64,000 nucleotides of DNA from Octopus sinensis (taxonomy: Eukaryota): positions 54,250,001 through 54,314,000 of the forward strand of contig NC_043008.1 in NCBI RefSeq assembly GCF_006345805.1, read 5' to 3'. Every line of letters starts with the position of its first letter. Positions within the stretch are counted from its first letter, which is position 1. A model generated the notes under the pieces. The model did no database searches. It was given only the letters and a program-made list of their open reading frames with translations, and had not been told where the DNA came from. The position numbers were made by a program, and so were the translations under genes. Positions 26,845-38,034 of the stretch are shown here, in pieces.

Positions 26845-27273
26845 ATATATGTGAGTGTGTGTGTATGTATGTATGTATGTATGTATGTATGTATGTGTTT
26901 CAGTTACGTAAACATCAGTGAAAGCCAAATCGTAGTGAAACTAGAAGTTGTATGGTTATAAGCTCGTCTCAGAATGGATGCTAAAGATGAATGAAGGCAA
27001 AAAGAAGAAAAGAAAAAAACGGTAGACATGACATGGCAGCTGGATTGTAGTGATGTTCGTGTGAGATGCGGTGGGGTGGTCGGGTGGAGAGTGTGAGGGA
27101 AGTGGGGGGGGGGGGTGTCAGTCGGGTGAATCAACTCGTTTATCTTATTTACTACACTACAGCTTTTTGAGAATTCTTCTTCGCATTCTGCTCGATTTCA
27201 CATTCTGCATGAATGGCCGTCTGACATCGTGTACAAATATATAAGGGTGTGTGTGCGTGTGTGTTCGTGTGCG

Positions 27274-27310
<37 letters not shown>

Positions 27311-27424
27311 TTTGTCTGTATTGTATGTGTCTATGTATATCTGTATGAGTGTGTGTGTGTGTGTGTGGTGTATGCATGTGCAAGTGTGTACATACGTATG
27401 TGCGTGTGCATATATAATATATAT

Positions 27425-27465
<41 letters not shown>

Positions 27466-27655
27466 CATGTATTATTAGGTGTTTTGTTTCTGTTTGAGTG
27501 CCAGTGCGTTTGTGTCTGTATGTGTATGGTTGTGTGTGTTTGTGGTGTGTGTGTATTGTCTGTACGTCAGTGTCTCTGTATATATATGTCTGTGTAAGTC
27601 TGTGTGTGCGCGTATGCTTATATATATATCTATATATATAATATTATATATATGC

Positions 27656-27688
<33 letters not shown>

Positions 27689-27814
27689 TATATATATGCA
27701 TATGCAAGTGTGTATACACGTATATATATATATATATTATGATGTGAATGTGTGTTTGAGTGTGTGTGTGCGCGTGTGTGTGTATCTGTATGTAAGTCTA
27801 TAGCAGTGTGTGTT

Positions 27815-27848
<34 letters not shown>

Positions 27849-28184
27849 TGTGTGTGTGTGTGGATGCGTGTGTACTTGCAGTTTTCATGTACTACCTGGT
27901 TTATCCTGATATCGGTTGTTGACGTTGGCGCCGGTGTCGACAGCGACGAGGCCAGTGACGACAGCAGCGCTGTTGGTGGGAAGCGTTATAATAACGTTGA
28001 TGGTGATGCCTCTGCTGCTGCTGCTGACGATGAGGATACTGACAATAGGGATGGAAGTCGGTCATGGTGATGACAATGCCGTTGTCTTGTGTCGGTGGTG
28101 GTGGTGGTGGTGGTGGTGGTGGTAGTGAAGGCAGCGATGGTTGTCTGTGTGTCGTCGTTGTAACAATATACTGTATGCAAGGTA

Positions 28185-28225
<41 letters not shown>

Positions 28226-28295
28226 TATATATAATATATGTGTATGTGGTGTGTGTGTGTGTGTATAGTATGTATATATATATGTATATATATGT

Positions 28296-28328
<33 letters not shown>

Positions 28329-28697
28329 GATATATATATATTATATATATTATATATTATAATGTATATATATAGTATATATATATATATAGTATATATA
28401 ATATAATATATATGTATATATATAATATCTATATATAATATATTATATATATTGTACATATACTCTTGTCTAAAATTACAAATTATCCTGAAGACGAAAG
28501 ACTGGTAGATATGTTTATACATACACCTACACACACACATATGTACACATACATACTTTCACACGCACGTGCATACATATGTACATACATATAAGCATGC
28601 CTGCATACATACATACATACATACATACATACATACATACATACATACATACATACATACATACATGCATGCATACATACATACATACATACATACA

Positions 28698-28728
<31 letters not shown>

Positions 28729-28764
28729 GTACGTACGTACATGCGTACATATTTTTTGTAGCTA

Positions 28765-29745
28765 CACTCCCATGCCGACCACTGGGCAACAGATTGTCTC
28801 CGTTTAAGGCTTCACCTGCTGACCTTCTTTTACCACACCAAGAGAATCCCATCTCCTCTACGTCTTTCAAGAACATCTCTAACCATTTCTTCTGTGACAT
28901 TTGCCCTCTTTATATCAGTCACTTTCTGTTACCCAGTCCATGGGTAAAGTTGTGGCTTATGAATCCAACCAAGGGCGCAAGAAAATATTTTTAAAAACTG
29001 TTTTCTGGGCTGTCTTTGTTGGTGAAGACAAAGAGAAAGAATTATATGAAACCCCTGATTTATTATTTCATTTGTCATTTTGATCTTTTCTTATGAATAT
29101 TACAAAGTATGGTGGTGATCTTCCGGCCACAATTATTATCAACGTATGGAATGGTCCGTAGTTCCTCAGGATTACAGAGATGTTATTCTGATTTCACTGT
29201 AGAATGCAAAAGTCCAACAATGCTAACGTTCGTGATACTTCCTGCTGTTTGCTTTAATGTTTCACCTTTGCTTGGATGCGGCCCAGGTACAGCTCTGCCT
29301 TGATGGGTTCAGTCGAACAAATCGACCTGAGTACTTGCTCTTCACTCTCTCTTTTACTCTTTAACTTGTTTCAGTCATGTGACAGTGGCCATACTGGAGT
29401 ACCGCCTTTAGTCGAGCAAATCGATCCCAGGGCTTATTCTTTGTAAGCCTAGTATTATTCTATCGGTTATGTCACTTGGTCCGGTCAGCCGCTTTACGCT
29501 AGAGATCGCGGTGTTGGAATTTTGCCCACTTAAGGTTGGACTCGAGGTTGTCTTCATACTTCTTCATTGGGCGACTTCAGGCACGGCTGTTCACCTTTCT
29601 CCCAGCATCCTAGATTTATCCATGCGGACCACACCGCCGGTCCATCCCAGCTCAGCCTTTAGGATCTTGACTTCAGTGCTTGTAGAGCTGGTTATGTGCA
29701 AGATTGTCAGGTTGAAGATGCATTCCTGCTACTGAATTCCCATTA
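28765..29745. mobile_element. Cluster of RTE (BovB-like) LINE fragments
   Basis: 28765-28935 (-): RTE 3' end. 29095-29230 (+): KYGGD...VVPQDYRDVIL. 29470-29745 (-): STEVKILKAEL.W.G.VVRMD...RPMKKYEDNL...AADRTKW. Confidence 0.7.
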
Positions 29746-30289
29746 TTGATCGCAATTATCTACTTAACCATCATATTTTATCAGACCTTGTAATATATGA
29801 ATCTCGTAAACTTTCAATCTATGCATGCCAGCAACTTCATTATATTATCAATACAACACTGTATTGATTAAGCGTCACTTTTATGCAATTTCAGAAATGC
29901 CCACCGCTTTAATGGTACATTGGGGGGTGGTTACAGTCGTTCTACAGGCCTGCAAGTGTTTCCAGTTCCAGTTCTTGCTGTCATTGCTGAGATGGCACTG
30001 TGCAAGTATAGGGGATATCCTGTGTGACACCAGTGTCATCGACAACACAATGTCGTATAATGTCGTACAGATATGATGTCAAAAGTCAATAAAACAAGTC
30101 AGAGTAAAATGCAAAGAAGAGAAAGCTTTTGTACAGAAAGTACGAAGAGTACATTGAATGCATAAAATGGAAAGAGTACACGGCAAATTCCATCCAAGTT
30201 TTGAGAATGGAAGTTATGGAAAATTTTTTCCCTTTTCGTTTAATGAATTTTAAAAAGACTACAATCATCTTTTCTACTCTAGGCACAAG

Positions 30290-31100
30290 GCCCGGAATTT
30301 TGGGGGATGGGGCCAGTCGATGTGATCGACCCCTGTACGCAACTGGTACTTAATTTATCGACCCCGAAAGGATGAAAGGCAAAGTCGACCTCGGCGGAAT
30401 TTGAAAGTTTCTGCCAGCTCACCGCCTAAAGGGACTACAATAATGATTAATCAATTACACAATGGAAAATTAATTAATTATACAGTGACAAGGATTAATT
30501 AATTTCACAGTGACATTATAGTTAAGTAATTAAAATACGTGTTTGAATATCACTAATGATTTAATATGAATATAATGATTAGATGGGAAAGCATTTAGAG
30601 TTAGCAGAAGTCATTCTTTGACCGAAAGGCGGTAACTTAGCAGAATGGTTAACACGCGGCGAGCTGTTAGATGCGGCGAGACTTAGTAGAATGGTTAAAG
30701 GAGGCGAGCTGGCAGAATCGTTAGCACGCCGGGCGAAATGCTTAGCAGTATTTCGTCTGCCGTTACGTTCTGAGTTCAAATTCCGCCGAGGTCGACTTTG
30801 CCTTTCATCCTTTCGGGGTCGATTAAATAACTACCAGTTACGCACTGGGGTCAATATAATCGACTTAATTCGTTTGTCTGTCCTTGTTTGTCCCTTCTGT
30901 GTTTAGCCCCTTGTGGGTAGTAAAGAAATGAGTATTTCTTCCGGTTATACATTCTGAGTTCAAATTCTGCAGAGGTCGACTTCGTTCTACATCCTTTCAG
31001 AATCGATAAAATAAGTACCAGTTGAGCACTGGGGGTCAAAGTAATCGACTAGCGCTCTCCCTCATAACTTCTGCCCTTGCCCTTTACTTAGAAATAGTTA
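30290..31100. mobile_element. SINE family B cluster (minus partial, repeated head fragments, plus copy with second body)
   Basis: 30290-30430 (-); head fragments at 30628-30700; full copy 30701-30930 (+) followed by a degenerate second body. Confidence 0.8.
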
Positions 31101-31722
31101 TTCCTTGACCGAGAAAACAAGATTGGTAACTCCGAGGATTTCCTAACTTATTAAACTTCATCTACGTCGTTATTTCTTTTAATGAGAAAAATATGTTTTT
31201 GTTTTCACCTCAAAAAATTTTGATTTTTAGAGAAATAATATTGTTTGTTTGAACGGGATTTGATTTTCAGTCAATTATTTCTTTAACTGAATGATATTTT
31301 GAACTAGAATTTTTAGTTTCTTTTTATCTTTTGTATTTTTTCTATCTTTCTTTTTTTGCGGTGGTGTTTTACAATTTGATGTTATTAGCTTAAGATTTCG
31401 GATTTATTACTTTCTGTTTCACTAGCTACAAAAAATATGAGTATATTTCCAAAATAGCTAGAAGCAATTTATATATTGATTCCGTTATGCCAAATCTAAA
31501 CAAATTTTTCATTCAGCAAGTTTTGCAACCTGTTTAACATAACGGAATTATCAATTCAGTAAAACAAAATATCAGAAAAAAGCGTTGAAATTAAGATAAT
31601 AATATTCTTCTTGATGCGATTTTTGTTGAATGCAGCTGGAAAACTGGCGAAACGATGACTTATTAAAACTGTTATGAAAGATAAGGTTATATGCCATTAA
31701 ACACACACACACCAACACACAC

Positions 31723-31786
<64 letters not shown>

Positions 31787-32551
31787 CAATATATTTAATG
31801 ACGTGTAACCTTATCATATATATGTACATATATACATATTTATATATTCATATATACATTTATATACATATATATGTGTGTATGATGTGTATATATATAT
31901 ATATGTGTATGTGTGTGTGTGTATGTATGTATGTATGTATGTATGTATGTATGTTTGTTTGTATGTATGTATATATGTATGTTTGTATGTATGTATGTTT
32001 GTTTGTATGTATGTATGTATGTGTGTGTGTATGTATGTATGTATGTATGTATGCATGCATGTATGTATGTATGTATGTATGTATGTATGTATGCATGTAT
32101 GTATGTATGTATGTATGTATGTATGTATGTATTATTATGTATATATGTATGTTTGTATGTATGTATGTTTGTTTGTATGTATGTATATATGTATGTTTGT
32201 ATGTATGTATGTTTGTTTGTATGTATGTATGTATGTATGTATGTATGCATGTATGTATGTATGTATGTATGTATGTATGTATGTATGGTATGTATGTATG
32301 TATGTATTATGTATATATGTATGTATGCACCTGTATATACCTGTAATAGGATACTTTCCAGACAGAAATAAATTCAAGAAATCTCGTACTAAATATCAAT
32401 GTTATGGACAGAATGCACGGCATTCAAAGAAGAGGTTCCATAGATACATGCTTAACATACGAAACGCATGCAAAAGACTCTAAACATAAAAGAAAGTCTG
32501 AGATAAAATATATACAAATATATGTATGTATGTATGTGTATATATATATTG

Positions 32552-32586
<35 letters not shown>

Positions 32587-32608
32587 TATATATATATGAT
32601 AGATATAT

Positions 32609-32688
<80 letters not shown>

Positions 32689-32777
32689 CAGAAAGAGATA
32701 GATAGATATACATACATATATGTGCATAAACATCTAAATGCAAATAAAAGAAAAAATACAATATATATATATATGCA

Positions 32778-32815
<38 letters not shown>

Positions 32816-33009
32816 CATATATTTGCATACATATATACACATATATATGCATATATCTATGTATGTATGTATATATATATATAAATACATATACACACAC
32901 ACACACATATGAATAAATATATATATATATATTAATATAAATATACATGCATATACATATACACATACGCACATATATTCATGTATATGTGCATGTATAT
33001 ATATCATAC

Positions 33010-33086
33010 CTTAAATTGTTCAGAAGAAGCACGGCAGCAATCGCGATGATTGTGCGACTGAATGTGGCACCAAGAACATCAGGCAT
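33010..33086 (-). CDS. Coding exon 1 (signal peptide) of secreted EGFR-ectodomain-like Cys-rich protein
   Basis: Minus strand reads aagATG CCT GAT...AAC AAT TTA AG|gtatga = MPDVLGATFSRTIIAIAAVLLLNNL+AG. A at -3, in-frame TGA upstream, hydrophobic core IIAIAAVLLL. The phase-2 donor matches the phase-2 acceptor at 18986 (AG+A = Arg). Confidence 0.8.
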
Positions 33087-33637
33087 CTTATTTCTTGCTG
33101 TTTGGTTCCGCTTGATTTGATTTCAATTCAGTTTCAATTCAGTTGATGCTGCTTCCACTTGGGAGGTCTTTTGTTCTCTTATTTCTTTTTCCTTATTCTT
33201 CTTAGTTTTAGTCTTCAGAACCAATGAACAATTGCAAAGAATGAAGAACTGGACTTCAAGACGAAATGCCTCTTTGAGTTATTTCACTTCTGCCAATAAT
33301 TCTCAACCATTAACCAGATTCTCTTTTCCGTTCCTGTTACGATTCGATTCTCCAGACCAAAGTATACTAAAGAAGCAAGCCGTTGTTTGCGATTCTGTGG
33401 TCGTCAATTACAGCATGCTTTATATTAATTAATGGCAACATACCTGGAATAGCACAGCTATCCGAGTTGGAGATATGAAAGCAGGGAGGGAGGAGATTGT
33501 ACGGGACGAAAGCCAAAAAGGGTGGACAAAATTTACTAAATACGTATTGTGACTAAGGAGTAGGTGAAAAGATATTTTTGAATTCAATGAAATATGCATT
33601 CATATACATACATACATACATATACATACATACATAC

Positions 33638-33685
<48 letters not shown>

Positions 33686-34013
33686 TAGATATATACAGAC
33701 AATGTGTATATGTATCTATATGTATATACTTATATATATATATATAATATATATATATATATTATATATATATATTATATATGACTATACATATTATATA
33801 CGTACATATACACATATTTGTGGATGTGCATATGTTATGCAATGATATGGGTCTTTATGCGTAGATACTTTTTTTGTATATATGTATGCATATGCGTTGA
33901 TATAAATACATATATACATACACACGCTCTTATCCATATTCGCATGTATGCATATGTATTATGCACGCAAACATACATAAATACATGTATATGTATATAT
34001 ATAAATATATACG

Positions 34014-34048
<35 letters not shown>

Positions 34049-34185
34049 TTGTATGTGTGTGTGCATTATATATATATATATATATTATATATACATACAT
34101 ATATATGTATAGAGATTACATATATACATATTATTTTTCTCAATGTACACTCATATATACACACATAGACATGTAAGCATGTATA

Positions 34186-34216
<31 letters not shown>

Positions 34217-34709
34217 TGTGTGTGTGTAGGCACGTATGTATATGCATATGTATGTATATATGTATGCATGCATGTCTGTGTGTGTGTGTGCGTGTAAATA
34301 TTTATATATGCATGTATACATGTATCAGTGTATGTATGTATGTATCAGTGTATGTATGTATGTTTGTATGTTTGTATGTATGTATGTATGTATGTACCTA
34401 GCTGTTTGTTTTCTTCCGAGCTGGGAGGAGCATAACACGAAGCATAACATCAACAAAATAAACCACCAGCATAACAACAACAAACAAGCAGCCATCTTTG
34501 GTATGTGTTGCCGCCGACGCACATCTCCTTCGGCACGGCCTAGTCTATCCTTTTCTTTCCCAACCAATATTGTTCTCCTTAAACAAAACCAATAGAAAAA
34601 AAAAAGAAAAACAGAAAAGAAAACCAGAAACGTACCCCCTCCATTCCGCAGCCACTACCCCTGCCGCCAGCATTTAACAATAACAAAAATACAAATACAC
34701 TGATCTACT

Positions 34710-34861
34710 AATAATAATAATAATAATAGTATGCTTATATTATTATCATTATTATGATTATTATTATATTATTATTATTATTATTATTATATCATTATCA
34801 TATCATAATCATCATTATTATTATTATTATTATTATTATCATTATATCATCACATCATTCA

Positions 34862-34898
<37 letters not shown>

Positions 34899-35050
34899 CA
34901 TTATCTCATCATCATCATCATTATTATTATTATTATTATTATTATCATTAATCATCATCATCATCATCATCATTATTATTATTATTGATTATTATTATTA
35001 TTATTATTATTATTTTATTATTATTATCGTAACCATCATCATCATCATCA
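34710..35050. repeat. (ATT/ATC)n trinucleotide mosaic
   Basis: Long imperfect attattatcatc array. Confidence 0.95.
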
Positions 35051-36125
35051 CCCTGACTCTAACACCTCAGCCCTCCTCTTCAATGTGATATTACTCCCCG
35101 CAGCGCCCCTATGTATTCTCTTATATCACCCTCACGCTCCTTTTTTTTTAGTCTTATTTGTTATTTGTGTATTATTTTATTTTATTTTATTTTATTTTAT
35201 TTTATTACTGCTTTGATTTACCGCATTCTTTCTTTGTTCCAAGAGACTTCTTTTGTTATTTTGTTTTGTTTTTTTTTATTTTATCATTGTGGTTTTTGTT
35301 GCTGTTATTGTTGCTGGGTTTTTTTCTGTTTTTTTTTTTTTTCAGAGGTTCCATTCTTTATGTTGTTGTCTCTGCCACTAATTCTCACCTGATCTTTTCC
35401 GATTCCAAAATTAGTCGAACCTCATTGCCCAATAAGAATATTCGACTCTCATTCATCTAACACACACAGGTACACACTTAAGAACAACACAAACGCACAC
35501 ATACACACATACACACGCGCAATATAAAAAAAATTACTTTCGAATGCATACACCCGTACGAAAACCACACCCCATTTCCTAACAGAAGGAACCATCACAC
35601 CACTTTGAAATGAAAGAAAGAATTCATAAAATAAAAATAAAAAACACCTTGTGACAAATTCCACCATCGCCATTTTCTACGCCGAGTTTAAACAAAATTC
35701 GGTTATTATGAATGGTTATACTAAAGCTTAACCCGCTAAAATCTCTGAATCTTATTAATTCAGTTTGCTAAATCCTAGAATATTTTTCCCATTCACATAA
35801 ATTATACATAAATTATAAAACGCAGGAAGTGTAAAACATAAATTATAAAACATACATTATAAAACATAAATTAACATAAATTATAAACATATAAATTACA
35901 TAAATTATAAAGCACAAAACATAACATTACCATCGAATAAATATTTCGGTTTAGATATTAATTTTTTCTGTGATAAGCAGAGAAGTGTAGGAGACTCTTA
36001 ATAGAAGTATTACGTTTGGTACTGCTCCTTACCAGGAATGGTCATCTGGAAAGGCATCATTGGTCCACATTCAACTGCTAATCTCTCACTTGATGACTCC
36101 TAGTGCCATACCCTGGTACCCCACT

Positions 36126-36212
<87 letters not shown>

Positions 36213-36223
36213 TCAAACACACA

Positions 36224-37874
36224 CACACGACAGAAGTAAATAGACACCCCATAAAACATCGTTTTATGCTTATTTTAACTTGAAACGGTTTATTTTTTTT
36301 ATTGACATATATTTCAGGTTCGTTGTGACTGTTTAATCATGTCATGTTCAAGAGAAGCCTTAGAACTGTCCGAATTTCAAAGAGGCTGCATGGTGGATCA
36401 ATCTAAAGGTGAGCCTAAACAGAGTAAAATTACAGAAAACCTTGGAATCCCACTTTCTACAGTTAATCGTGTGGTTGTGCGATTCAATAGGGAAGGCAAG
36501 AAGCCCACATTACCTTGCCCGGGTCGACCAGGGCCCTCTGACAAGACGCTTCACTTTGTTAGGTGAATTGTGGAGGATAATTCTCGTTGCAAGACCTCTG
36601 ACATAGCAGAACAAGTTGATGTCAATCCCAGATCAGCTATCAGGTATGTCCACAAACTTGGCTACCATGGCAGAGTAGATCGAAGGAAGCCATTTCTTCG
36701 ACCAGCCAATATCAAACGAAGAAACTATTGGGCCAGTGAGATGGTGGAGAAGTCAGTAACATTTTATGACACTGTCATATTCTATGAATAACCCAGATTT
36801 GCTGTATTTTCTGACCGTTGTCGAGTGCAAGTCTGCAGACTGTGGTCAAGAATTTGACATGAAAAGATTGCAGCCAGCAATGAAACATGGCGGCTATTCT
36901 GTAACGGTCTGGTGAGCAATTTGGAGCAATGGTCGATCAGAGCTGGTGGAGTGTGAGGGAAACATAAGCTCAGATAAATGTGTCCATATTGTAGAAAGGA
37001 TTTCTTCCAATCTTCTCCAGTGGTGAAATGATTAAAGAAAACTCTTTATTTATGGAAGATGGGGTTCCTTGTCACACGGCTAAAAAGACCCAAGGCTGGT
37101 TGGAAGAGAATGGCATTAAAAAGCTTCCATGTCCAAGCCAGTCACCAGATACGAACCCTGTTGGATACCTCTGGGTCATAATGAACAGAACACTTCATAA
37201 AGAGAACAACAAAGCATACTCAAAGCCAGATCTTTTGAGATTACTGCTTGAAACTTGGCAAGAAATTCCTCAAGAGAACGAATATTCGTCATCTTATCAA
37301 TAGCATACCCAATAGGATCCTTGCATTGAAAAATGTAAAGGGCAGGACTAGTAGACATTATATATTCACATTAGAATAATTAGCAAATAATTTGAATGTA
37401 TAACTTCATATTCCAATTAATTTCAACGAGTATAAGTTTGTCTGAGCTGGCAGACACGTTAGCACGTCGGGCGGAATGCTTAGCGGTATTTCGTCTGTCG
37501 TTACGTTCTGAGTTCAAATTCTGCCGAGGTCGACTTTGCCTTTCATCCTTTCGGGGTCGATAAATAAAAGTACCAGTTTCGCACTGGGGCGATATAATCG
37601 ACTTAATCCCTTTGTCTGTCCTTGTTTGTCCCCTCTATGTTTAGCCCCTTGTGGGTAATAAAGAAATAGGTATTTCGTCTGTCGTTACGTTCTGAGTTCA
37701 AATTCCGCCGAGGTCGACTTTGCCTTTCATCCTTTCGGGGTCGATAAATAAAAGTACCAGTTTCGCGCTGGGGGCCATATATAATCGACTTAATCCGTTT
37801 GTCTGTCCTTGTTTGTCCCCTCTGTGTTTAGCCCCTTGTGGGCAATAAAGAAATATATTTACTTCTGTTGTGTG
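36224..37874 (+). mobile_element. Tc1-family (DD34E-type) transposon, decayed, with SINE dimer in right TIR
   Basis: Fragments LSEFQRG...PGRP, RRKPFL, KHGGYSVTVW, FMEDGVPCHTAK and PSQSPDTNPVGYLW with many stops and frameshifts. Termini cacacgacagaagtaaata (36224-42) and tatttacttctgttgtgtg (37856-74) are inverted copies. Confidence 0.9.
37444..37855 (+). mobile_element. SINE family B dimer inserted in Tc1 right TIR
   Basis: Junction aagaaataggtatttcgtctg at ~37661-37681. Confidence 0.9.
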
Positions 37875-37976
37875 TATATATATATGTGTGTGTGTGTGTA
37901 TATGTATGTATGTATGGACGTATGTATGTGTGTGTTTATATATAAAAGGATACAGATATATACATCTATATATTTG

Positions 37977-38032
<56 letters not shown>

Positions 38033-38034
<2 letters not shown>

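Noticed and set aside
29890-30080. Plus-strand acceptor-like site followed by an open stretch
   Set aside because: No donor, no homology recognised, and antisense to the host intron among RTE debris.
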